Origin: Candidatus Latescibacterota bacterium | Lineage (GTDB): Bacteria; Latescibacterota; UBA2968; UBA8231 | Assembly: GCA_965219385.1 (NCBI GenBank) | Contig: CBDCNM010000002.1 | Span: 2,226,936 to 2,290,935 of the forward strand | DNA length: 64,000 nucleotides | Reading direction: 5' to 3' | Shown: positions 51,555 to 60,306 of the stretch, piece by piece | Layout of the letters: the number at the start of each line of letters is the position of its first letter | Position numbering within the stretch: the first letter of the stretch is position 1 | The notes under the pieces: generated by a model | Database searches by the model: none | What the model was told of the DNA's origin: nothing | The model's input: the letters and a program-made list of their open reading frames with translations, nothing else | Made by a program: the position numbers and the translations under genes

Positions 51555-52481
51555 TCAGAGAGGATTCCTGGGCGGCCGGTCGGAAGAGGAGCGTTCTTCG
51601 ACCCAGGCCTTGAGCGGCACATCGTCCCAGTCACCGGGGATCCAGTACTGCGACGAGGGGCGGAAGTCGGGCTCTTCGCCCAGTGGGTGGTTGTCGGTGG
51701 CCAGCGCCCCCAGCAACTGCCGCCGGATCGGCGAACAGCGGGCTAGTAGCTCCGGGTCCTGCTGTATGTAGTCTGTGGGGCGGAGCCACCGGTAGTGGTA
51801 ACCAACGTGCATTATCTTCCGCGTCTTGTTCGACAGGTTCGGGCCGACGCAGTGCCAGGTGGCGGTGCGCCACAGCACCGCCGCGCCCGGCGCCAGCTTC
51901 AACTCTACGGTCTCGGCCGGATCTATCTGGCGCTCCATTTCGCGCAGTTCTTGCGGTGCACGCTTGTGGCTGCCCGGCATCATCCACAGGTTGCCGGAAT
52001 TCGATGCGCTCAGGTCGGAGAGCACGTAGAAGGCCTTGATCTCCATGAACGGCAGCCGTCCGTCGAGGGCGGGGGCCTCGAAGAGGTAGTCGCCGGCCAG
52101 GTCCGGATGCCAGACGACGTTGCGGTAAGCAGTCTGGTGATCGTCCCCTTTCCCGCTGCCCACTGCGCCGGCCTCCATGTCCTTCGGGTAGGGGGGCCGG
52201 TAGTCCAGGTGGGTGGTGCGAATCTGGATGTTCCAGCCGATGGCATCGATCACCAGGGGCAGCATTCTGGGGTGGTCAATCAGGTCGAGGAAGGCCTCGT
52301 GGTGGGCCAGGGCGTTGCGGATGGCAAAGGGATTATCGGGCCCCAGACCTGTGGCCTGGCGGATCCGGACGGCTACTTGGTCGACCGCCTCCAGTAGCCG
52401 TTCCAGTTCATCCTGGTGCAAAAAATCCTCGAGGATTACGAAGCCCTTGTCCTCGAAGTCCCTCTCCTGCTGTTGGGTCAT
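51555..52481 (-). CDS. PhyH family dioxygenase
   Basis: FEDKGF, WHPD, MPGSH, WHC. Confidence 0.85.
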   Translation of the reverse strand: MTQQQERDFEDKGFVILEDFLHQDELERLLEAVDQVAVRIRQATGLGPDNPFAIRNALAHHEAFLDLIDHPRMLPLVIDAIGWNIQIRTTHLDYRPPYPKDMEAGAVGSGKGDDHQTAYRNVVWHPDLAGDYLFEAPALDGRLPFMEIKAFYVLSDLSASNSGNLWMMPGSHKRAPQELREMERQIDPAETVELKLAPGAAVLWRTATWHCVGPNLSNKTRKIMHVGYHYRWLRPTDYIQQDPELLARCSPIRRQLLGALATDNHPLGEEPDFRPSSQYWIPGDWDDVPLKAWVEERSSSDRPPRNPL

Positions 52482-52607
52482 TGCTAGCGCCACGGGTTGC
52501 TTTCCTATGAGAGCCCCTTGAGCCCCGGGGTCTGGACCGCGCGTTCCAGGCGCTCCGGATGATCGTGGACGCACTCCCTGGACATCGAGGAGAAAATTAA
52601 ATATAAT

Positions 52608-52670
52608 CAGTCCTTCACGGAATCGGCGGCCTTGAGGTCCAAATAGCTACGGGTATTTCGTAAAGTACTG
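52608..52670 (+). mobile_element. Internally deleted 63-bp copy of the MITE
   Basis: CAGTCCTTCACGGAATCGG...CCTTGAGGTCCAAATAG...ATTTCGTAAAGTACTG; both ends match 53876-54057. Confidence 0.75.
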
Positions 52671-52787
52671 AAGATCTCACTTTTCACCATTCGGCGCAAC
52701 CGTTGTTTTTTCCGTTGGATTGCCATGACTTCTGGATTTGGCCTGGTCTGTAGGGTATATTCATAGGTAAAGCAGCGGTCTGAATCA

Positions 52788-52905
52788 ATGGCAAAGATAA
52801 AACTGGTTGCCCCGGTCGTGACGGTCGGGATCATCGGACTGGGAAATGGGCCGGGAGATCGCCCGCTGCTGCAACGGGCTCGGGATGCGGGTCCTGGGGG
52901 TGAGG
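52788..52905 (+). pseudogene. D-2-hydroxyacid dehydrogenase remnant
   Basis: MAKIKLVAP joined to TVGIIGLGN(fs)GREIARCCNGLGMRVLG, a Rossmann motif. Confidence 0.5.
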
Positions 52906-52945
52906 GGGCAGCCGGGCTACTAAGAATAGATAAGGATTCGGATCC

Positions 52946-53791
52946 ATGAGCGATCACCCGATTTTTGCCCCGGACCAGCAAAGCGAGTTCCTCGACTTTT
53001 TTGCCCACAACAACTACGGCGTGGTCGCGGATGCCCTGCTGCCGGAGGACATACGGTTCCTCAACGAATTCATGGACCGCTCCCAGCAGGAGATCCCGGT
53101 AGAATGGGGTCTCGACAAAAAGCCCATCTACTCCCACGGGCAGATCCTGGTCTACCATCCGGAGCTGGACCCCTACATCCAGGGGCCGGTCACCTTCCCC
53201 CTGGTCAGGGCCATCATGGGCCTGCAGGTGCGCTTTGCCCAGTTCGATTTCCGCGATGTGCCCCGAGGGACCGGCGCCAACGCCGCGATGAGGTACCACA
53301 GGGATCGCAGTTATTATCCCCCCGAGGGAGCGGATCCCCCCCAAGATCGCTTTGCGGACTGCAGCTACGTGTGTTCCATCATCTACCTGAACGATGTGGG
53401 CGAGGACACCCCTTGCTTTTGCGTGGTGCCCAATAGCCATCTCCAGGCGTATGAGACGATAGAGCAAGTCCGGGAAGAGATGGGGGATGCCTTCCGCCAG
53501 GTCCCGATCCGCGGTCCGGCGGGCACGGCCGTGCTCTACAACATCAACATTTATCACACTCGCCTGCCCGGCAGGGATGACCTGTCCCGGCGCACCCAGC
53601 ACTGCTACTTCAGTTGCGCTACCAGTCCCCCGCTGACCAACTGGGTGATGATCCCCCGGCGCCTGGCCGAACACCCCGATCCGGAGCTGCGCGAGTATTT
53701 CAGCCAGTGGACCGAGGCCACCCGGGAATTCGTCGCCGCGGGTTATGCGCGGGAGTACTACAACGACCATGTCCTAAAAAAACCCACCTGA
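52946..53791 (+). CDS. PhyH family dioxygenase
   Basis: YHRD, IYLND, VVPNSH, YHTR. Confidence 0.85.
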   Translation: MSDHPIFAPDQQSEFLDFFAHNNYGVVADALLPEDIRFLNEFMDRSQQEIPVEWGLDKKPIYSHGQILVYHPELDPYIQGPVTFPLVRAIMGLQVRFAQFDFRDVPRGTGANAAMRYHRDRSYYPPEGADPPQDRFADCSYVCSIIYLNDVGEDTPCFCVVPNSHLQAYETIEQVREEMGDAFRQVPIRGPAGTAVLYNINIYHTRLPGRDDLSRRTQHCYFSCATSPPLTNWVMIPRRLAEHPDPELREYFSQWTEATREFVAAGYAREYYNDHVLKKPT

Positions 53792-53875
53792 CTTGGGGGG
53801 TTGCGACTCCAGGGCTGGACGGGCCAGCTCTTGCTCGGTGGTTGACTGGAGCGGCGGGTCGCTTTTTAATATACT

Positions 53876-54057
53876 CAGTACTTCACGGAATCGGCGGTTG
53901 GCCGTGCGGGGCTTGTGCCTTTGGCGTTTTATGAGACCCAGGGCGCTCTTGCCCCGCTCCCCCTCCCTGCTGCTGCGCCTCAGCCCCCACCGTCCTGCCG
54001 GCACCATCCCCTCCCGGCCTTGAGGGCCAAATAGTTACGGTATTTCGTGAAGTACTG
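53876..54057 (+). mobile_element. 182-bp MITE with 16-bp TIRs and a 5-bp target-site duplication
   Basis: CAGTACTTCACGGAAT ... ATTTCGTGAAGTACTG (15/16 match), flanked by ATACT at 53871-53875 and 54058-54062. Confidence 0.85.
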
Positions 54058-54083
54058 ATACTGCTCAACCCAAGGAGCACGCC

Positions 54084-54650
54084 ATGACCCAGACCGCACC
54101 GACCCGCCAGCAGGCCCTGGACCTGCTGCACCAGTACAATGGCAACCCCTCCCTGGTCAACCACGCCCTGGCCGTGGAGGCGGCCATGCGGCACCAGGCT
54201 CGCAAGCACGGCGAGGACGAGGAGATGTGGGGTATTGTCGGCTTGATCCACGACTTGGACTACGAGCAATTCCCCGAACAGCACTGCCGGAAAACCGAGG
54301 CCATTTTGCGGGAAAATCAATGGCCCGAGGTCTATATCCGCGCCGCCCTGTCGCACGGCTGGGGCATTTGCACCGAAGTGGAGCCGCAAAGTCTGCTGGA
54401 AAAGACCCTCTACACCGTCGACGAGCTGGCCGGCTTTGTCACGGCCTGTGCCCTGGTGCGGCCCTCCAGGAGCGTGCGCGACCTGACGGTCAAATCGGTC
54501 AAAAAAAAGTGGAAGCAGAAGGCTTTCGCCGCCGGGGTAGACCGCCAGATCGTCGAAAGCGGCGCCGGCATGTTGGGGGTGGAACTGGACGCGGTCACCG
54601 CCGATGTGATCGAGGCCCTGCGGGAAGTGGCCGACGAGATCGGCCTTTAA
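54084..54650 (+). CDS. HD-domain (HDIG) phosphohydrolase
   Basis: HALAVE, GLIHDLD, SH, DEL, AFAAGVDR. Confidence 0.85.
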   Translation: MTQTAPTRQQALDLLHQYNGNPSLVNHALAVEAAMRHQARKHGEDEEMWGIVGLIHDLDYEQFPEQHCRKTEAILRENQWPEVYIRAALSHGWGICTEVEPQSLLEKTLYTVDELAGFVTACALVRPSRSVRDLTVKSVKKKWKQKAFAAGVDRQIVESGAGMLGVELDAVTADVIEALREVADEIGL

Positions 54651-55066
54651 ATCCCTTTACATACGCGGCCTTGGAAAACCTATCTTTCTCCGGATTCTTG
54701 CGCCGCGCTCTGGCCTCCATCCCTCCAAAGGATCGTTTGTGCCTATGGCTGACCGCCCCAAAATCGCCGCCATCGTCACCGAGTACCTCTACGAGCCCAA
54801 GGCCGTCGGGAGGATCTCCACGCGGAACATGGCCCTGCTTCAAATAGGGTCAAATGACCAGAGCGCGCTCAGCCGCTCCAGGCTCAGCCGTCTTCTTCCT
54901 CGCCGGTGATCTCAAAGCTCCGACTTCAGCGAAATAGCGGGCACCCTTCATCGCTCACTACGGCCGCGTCGTTGTGTTCGCGATCCCGCTGTCACTTGAG
55001 TGGAACGACTTGCCGTATTTACGCTATCTTTCATTTCAGATTGGATATCAACTGGGAGATGGAAGC

Positions 55067-55354
55067 ATGAACACCAAGAAAAAACGACTTACCCTGGACC
55101 TGGACCCTCCAATGCAGCGGCGATTGAAGTCGGTGGCTGCGCTCAAGGGCATAAGCATGCGCCAGTACTGCCAGACCGCCATCGACAAGGAACTGGCCAG
55201 AGACGAGGCTCAGGGAGTGGAAAGTTTGCCCTTTGGCCGCGAAGCCATAGACCGGTTTGCGGCGCTCCAGGCTGAAATATTCGGGGACGAGATACTGTCC
55301 GGAGACTCGGCTGAGTTTATCCGGGAGGCCCGCGCGTCCAGGGCAGAATTGTGA
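55067..55354 (+). CDS. Probable antitoxin (RHH-like)
   Basis: KRLTLDL...LKSVAALKGISM, C-terminal DSAEFIREAR. GTGA overlap with the PIN gene. Confidence 0.7.
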   Translation: MNTKKKRLTLDLDPPMQRRLKSVAALKGISMRQYCQTAIDKELARDEAQGVESLPFGREAIDRFAALQAEIFGDEILSGDSAEFIREARASRAEL

Positions 55355-55794
55355 ACGGCTTTGTCGTCGTGGACGCGAGCCTGGCATTCAAGTGGTTGGT
55401 CAAAGAGAACCACTCGGACAAGGCAATCGCCCTCGCCCGGTCCTAGGATAGCGACGGGATAAGACCGGTAGCCCCGTACCTTATGCCGGTGGAGGTGGCG
55501 AATGCGCTTCACCGACGGGTGGTGCGGAAGGAGTTGACCTTAGAGACGGCCACGCGCCTGATGGAGAGCTTGGTAGCCTCAGGGATTGAGTTGCGGGAAA
55601 CACCTCAACTCCATGGCCGAGCTCTGGAGCTGGCGGACCGGCTCCGTCAGGCTGCAGCCTACGACGCACACTACCTCGCCCTGGCGGAGACTCTAGAGTG
55701 TGACCTGTGGACTGCTGATGAGAAGTTCTACCGAGCTGCGAGCCCTACCGCCGGAAACCTACACTGGATAGGCGAATTCTCAATGCCGGTTTAG
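55351..55794 (+). pseudogene. VapC-type PIN toxin with an in-frame amber stop
   Basis: VVVDASLAFKW...ARS*DS...EVANAL...YDAHYLALA...TAD. TAG at 55444-55446. Confidence 0.85.
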
Positions 55795-56255
55795 ATTGAT
55801 TCCCAAAAGCCCGGCATTGACTAGCGCCTCAATACCCCGCATTCCTACAGCCCGGGTGTTCCACAAAAGCTCCATGGACGTATGAATGCTTCATCCCGAG
55901 ACCTTGACTGACTTACACGACGGAAATGGAGACCACCGATGTATCTCTCTGTAAGCGCAGAGACCAAGTCAAACCTTCGTCGGAGCCTAGCCACGACTTT
56001 TGCAGTATATCCACAGAAGGATCCTGAGAGATCTGCCGGCCGGCAACGGTGTATGATGCTCCGAGGATCAATAGTGGAGGATCTGCTGACGTCCGTTGAT
56101 CCACAAGTTTGTTCCGTTGATATGAGGTGAGAAGATGCGTCGATTCAAGATCTTCCACTACGATGTCCGAGACGCTTTTCTGTCCGGGTTTGATGCGCAG
56201 GAGCCCGTGGCCCCCGTCCTCGATCCGAGCCGCGGCATTTCCATCAAGATCTTTC

Positions 56256-56284
56256 TTGACGCCTGGACCTCATAATCCTATAAT
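56256..56284 (+). promoter_or_regulatory. Sigma70 promoter of the second TA module
   Basis: TTGACG-N17-TATAAT. Confidence 0.7.
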
Positions 56285-56318
56285 GGTAATGGAACGATAC
56301 GAAAGGGGAGTATACGTG

Positions 56319-56546
56319 ATGGTTGTGCCACGAGAGAAATTCTCCAGCCAGGCTTCGCCGGAATTGCTGGCCGCAGTGCGCGAAATTGCCCGCAAGGAAG
56401 GTCGTCATTTCCAGGCGGTGCTGGAAGAGGCCATGCGGGAATACATTGAAAACCGCGCCCAGGAAAAGCCCCGGGTCTCGGTCATGGCCCATTTCCAGGC
56501 CAGCGTCGAGAAAAACCGTCGCCTGGGGGAAATGCTGGCCAAATGA
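56319..56546 (+). CDS. Probable antitoxin of a Doc/Fic module
   Basis: EKFSSQASPELLAAVREIA... RHH-like small protein, GGGGAG RBS, ATGA overlap with the doc stub. Confidence 0.7.
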   Translation: MVVPREKFSSQASPELLAAVREIARKEGRHFQAVLEEAMREYIENRAQEKPRVSVMAHFQASVEKNRRLGEMLAK

Positions 56547-56665
56547 CCCATGACTTCCCCACCATCCAGGAAGTCATCGCCATGCACGACGCCCTGATCA
56601 GTGCCTTTGGCGGCACACTGGGTATCCGCGATGAAGGCGCTCTCGCCGCCGCTCCTCAACTCTAG
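56543..56665 (+). pseudogene. Truncated Doc/Fic toxin
   Basis: IQEVIAMHDALISAFGGTLGIRDEGAL is a Doc-type N-terminus. It stops after 40 codons, before the Fic motif. Confidence 0.75.
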
Positions 56666-56803
56666 GAACCAATCCAGGATCCGGCTCTATGGCACTGATA
56701 GCTCCCAAATACCTACAATCAAGGCATTCCTCCTTCTCTTCATCTTTCTAACGACCGTCTGGATCCTTACAAGGCGTTATGTGCATAAGGCGGTAAGACT
56801 CTA

Positions 56804-58267
56804 ATGGCACGGCAGGAGACCATCCTAAGCGTATTTGTCGCCTCACCTAGTGATGTAGACGAAGAAAGAAATCGTCTTGAAGACGTGATTCGTGAGCTGA
56901 ACACGGCGTGGGCCCTCCAGCTTGGAATTCGGCTTGAACTGATCAGATGGGAGACTCACGCCTATCCCAGCTTCGGAGAGGATCCCCAAGCGGTTATCAA
57001 CGAGCAAATTCCACAGGATTTCGATCTGTTTATCGGGCTAATGTGGTACAGGTTTGGCACCCCAACCGGCCGTGCCGGGTCCGGCACCGTTGAGGAATTT
57101 CAACGGGCAAAAGAACGCTACGATGCCAATTCTGATGCCCTCCAGTTGATGATCTACTTCAAAGACGCGCCAGTTCCCGTTCCCCCATCGCAGCTTGATC
57201 ACAAACAGCTAGAGAGTGTCTCCAAGTTTCGATCAAGCCTCGGCGAGGAGGGCGTGCTCTATTGGTCGTTCCAGACAACCGATGAATTCGAGAAGCTCGT
57301 ACGCCTTCATCTCACGCGGCATATCCAAGCGTGGCGGTCGCAAGCTGAAATCCCGCAACCGTTGTCTGCACCAATTGAAGAAAAGACTACCACCGAGGAC
57401 TCCGCCGATCAAGATGAAGATGACGAGATCGGGCTCCTGGACTTAATGGAACAGTTCGAAGACGAGTTCTCAACACTGGAGGAAATAACCGAACGCATCG
57501 CAAGTGCAACCATCGAGATTGGCGAGAAGATGAACGCCAGGACTGCTGAGACCACCGAATTTGCGGCAGGTCCTGACGCGCAGAACCGCAAGGCTGCAAA
57601 GCGGCTTGTTGCGAAGGCTGCCGCAGACATGGATCAATATGTGCACCGCATGGAGTCAGAGTTGCCGTTGTTTAGCCAGCATCTGAACGCCGGTCTGAAT
57701 GCGCTGACCCGGGCGGCGGCGCTCTCCATTGAACTCAACATTGAAGATGAAGGCCTTGAGCAGGCAAAAGATACCGTAAGCGGCATCCGCGAATTTCGGG
57801 ACACCATGAGCACCGTTGAAGGCAAGATCGTTATCTTCAGAGAGGCAATTGCTTCGCTGCCGCGAATGACGACAGTCCTGAACCGTTCCAAGCGGGCAAT
57901 GGTCAATGTAATTCAGCGATTAATCGACGAATTCCGCAGTGCTCAAGTGATGGCACGAGAAGCCGAAACTTCATTTGCATTGATTGTCAATGTGGATACT
58001 CGTGTGGACATTGGACCGGCGGTTGACCGCGAGCTAAACAGTCAGCAAGTCAATATCCTCAAGGTTCTGGCAGAGTTTGACGGCAATGACATTCCGCCTG
58101 CAACGATTGCCCATTCGATAGGCGAGAGTGTGACTCGAGCGAAACACTATCTTTCGCAGCTCTTGGCCGAAGAATATGTACATGACACCTTGATTATGGG
58201 TGAAGGCCCCCGGTATGCAATCGCTGATCGTGGGCGGGAATACCTTGTTGAGCACAATCTCATCTGA
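56804..58267 (+). CDS. DUF4062-like domain + helical/coiled-coil region + C-terminal winged HTH
   Basis: VFVASPSDVDEER, DLFIGLMWYRFGTPT, SGTVEEF; long helical middle; ILKVL...IAHSIG...HYLSQL..E.YV...YAIADRGREYL. Confidence 0.7.
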   Translation: MARQETILSVFVASPSDVDEERNRLEDVIRELNTAWALQLGIRLELIRWETHAYPSFGEDPQAVINEQIPQDFDLFIGLMWYRFGTPTGRAGSGTVEEFQRAKERYDANSDALQLMIYFKDAPVPVPPSQLDHKQLESVSKFRSSLGEEGVLYWSFQTTDEFEKLVRLHLTRHIQAWRSQAEIPQPLSAPIEEKTTTEDSADQDEDDEIGLLDLMEQFEDEFSTLEEITERIASATIEIGEKMNARTAETTEFAAGPDAQNRKAAKRLVAKAAADMDQYVHRMESELPLFSQHLNAGLNALTRAAALSIELNIEDEGLEQAKDTVSGIREFRDTMSTVEGKIVIFREAIASLPRMTTVLNRSKRAMVNVIQRLIDEFRSAQVMAREAETSFALIVNVDTRVDIGPAVDRELNSQQVNILKVLAEFDGNDIPPATIAHSIGESVTRAKHYLSQLLAEEYVHDTLIMGEGPRYAIADRGREYLVEHNLI

Positions 58268-58317
58268 ATGGATGTATAGCACGCTCTATCCCCTAAGCGT
58301 CTTGAACGTGCGTACTC

Positions 58318-60306
58318 ATGCCTAACCATAGCTATTTCGCCAACCTGATCTGGCAGATCGCCGACCTGCTGCGCGGTCCCTACCGTCCGCCGCAGTACGA
58401 GCGCGTCATGCTGCCTATGACCGTGCTCCGGAGATTCGACTGCGTGCTGGCTTCTACCAAGGACAAAGTCCTGACCGAGTACCGGTGGCGCAAGGACAGA
58501 TACCAAGGCGCTGCTCTTGACCGCTGGCTTAACAAGGTCGCTGGGGGGAGCTTCCACAACCACTCACCCCTCGACTTCGAGAAGCTCAAGGGGGACCCGG
58601 ACAATATCGCCCAGCACCTCGTCAGCTACATTCAAGGCTTTTCGGCCAACGTGCAGCGCATCTTCATCGACCACTTCGATTTTGAGACCGAAATCGAGAA
58701 GATGCGCGAGGCCAATATCCTGTACCTCGTCGTCTCGAAGTTCTGCGATGTGGACCTACATCCCGATAGAGTTCCGAATGAGCAGATGGGACACATCTTC
58801 GAGAACCTCATCCGCCGCTTCAACGAGCTGGCCAACGAGACCGCGGGCGATCACTTCACGCCGCGCGAGGTCATCCGGCTTATGGTGAGCATCCTCTTCA
58901 TCCACGACGACGAACTGCTCGCCACGCCCGGCACCGTGCGCACGCTCCTCGACCCCGCCTGCGGCACCGGTGGCATGCTGGCCGAGGCTCAGAATTACCT
59001 GCGAGATCACCACGGCGCCGCGCAGCTCTACGCCTATGGGCAGGATTACAACAACCGCGCCTTTGCCACTGCGGCCTCCGACATGTTGATGAAGCAGGTT
59101 GACCACAACGGCGGCGGCGACAGCATCCGCTTCGGCGACAGTTTTACGGAGGATCGGTTCGAGGGTGAGACCTTCGACTATTTCCTCACCAATCCACCCT
59201 TCGGAGTGGACTGGAAGAAGCAGAAGAATGAAATCCAGGGAGAGCACGACAAGCTCGGATTCGCGGGTCGCTTCGGTGCCGGGCTCCCGCGGGTGAACGA
59301 TGGCTCGCTGCTTTTCCTGCAACACATGCTCCGCAAGTTCGAGCCAGTACGCTCAGACGAGCACAAGCACGGCTCGCGCTTGGCCATCGTATTCAGTGGC
59401 TCGCCGCTCTTTACCGGCGGCGCTGGCTCCGGCGAGAGCGACATTCGCAAGTGGATCATCGAAAACGATTGGCTCGAAGCCATCATCGCCTTGCCGGAAC
59501 AGATGTTCTACAACACCGGCATCGGCACCTACGTATGGATCGTCACCAACCGCAAGGAGGAACGCCGGAAGGGCAAGATTCAGCTCCTCGACGCCCGCGA
59601 CTTGTGGACCGCGGGCGGGAGTGAAGACAACAAGCGCAGCCTTGGCGACAAGCGCCGCCATATCGCCGCAGAGCAGATTGAGGAAATCGTGCGGCTATAT
59701 GGCCGCTTAGAGGACAGCGAACGCTCCAAGATCTTCGACAACGATGACTTCGGCTACACACGCGTGACCGTGGAGCGACCCCTGCGCTTGCGCTACCAGA
59801 TGACCATAGAAGACAAGGCCCGCTTTCTCGATGCCTGCCCGTATCTGCTCGACGATGTGCAGGCCATAGACAAGGCGTTGGGACGAGAGCCGAAGTGCGA
59901 CTGGAATGCGACGTGGGAGAGTATTGCCGCTCTCCTGCATGAGCGCCAATCGCGCTGGAAGAAGACGGAACAGAAGCTCTTCCGAGATGTCTTCACCGAG
60001 AAGGATCCGCAAGCCGAGCGGGTCAGGAAAGATGGCCGGGAGAAAGGCTACGAGCCTGACACCGAGCTGCGCGACTTCGAGAATGTGCCGCTTAAGGACG
60101 ACATCGATGCCTATTTCGAGCGCGAGGTGCGCCCCCACGTCCCCGATGCTTGGATGGACCGCGACAAGGACAAAATCGGCTACGAGATCAACTTCAACCG
60201 CCACTTCTACGAGTACACGCCGCCGCGGCCACTGGAACAGATTGACGCGGATCTGAAGAAGGCAGAGGAGAAGGTCGTGCGGCTGCTGCGGGAGGTGACG
60301 GAGTGA
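58318..60306 (+). CDS. hsdM: Type I R-M methyltransferase subunit
   Basis: IWQIADLLRG, HFTPREV, DPACGTGGML, NPPF, MFYNTGI. Confidence 0.95.
   Translation: MPNHSYFANLIWQIADLLRGPYRPPQYERVMLPMTVLRRFDCVLASTKDKVLTEYRWRKDRYQGAALDRWLNKVAGGSFHNHSPLDFEKLKGDPDNIAQHLVSYIQGFSANVQRIFIDHFDFETEIEKMREANILYLVVSKFCDVDLHPDRVPNEQMGHIFENLIRRFNELANETAGDHFTPREVIRLMVSILFIHDDELLATPGTVRTLLDPACGTGGMLAEAQNYLRDHHGAAQLYAYGQDYNNRAFATAASDMLMKQVDHNGGGDSIRFGDSFTEDRFEGETFDYFLTNPPFGVDWKKQKNEIQGEHDKLGFAGRFGAGLPRVNDGSLLFLQHMLRKFEPVRSDEHKHGSRLAIVFSGSPLFTGGAGSGESDIRKWIIENDWLEAIIALPEQMFYNTGIGTYVWIVTNRKEERRKGKIQLLDARDLWTAGGSEDNKRSLGDKRRHIAAEQIEEIVRLYGRLEDSERSKIFDNDDFGYTRVTVERPLRLRYQMTIEDKARFLDACPYLLDDVQAIDKALGREPKCDWNATWESIAALLHERQSRWKKTEQKLFRDVFTEKDPQAERVRKDGREKGYEPDTELRDFENVPLKDDIDAYFEREVRPHVPDAWMDRDKDKIGYEINFNRHFYEYTPPRPLEQIDADLKKAEEKVVRLLREVTE

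Noticed and set aside
55444..55446. Amber recoding (pyrrolysine or alternative genetic code)
   Set aside because: TAG terminates many normal genes in this window and no pyl genes are visible.
56745..56790. Integron attC site before the DUF4062 gene (CTAAC...GTTATGT)
   Set aside because: Spacing of about 30 bp is too short, there is no matching site after the gene, and there is no integrase.
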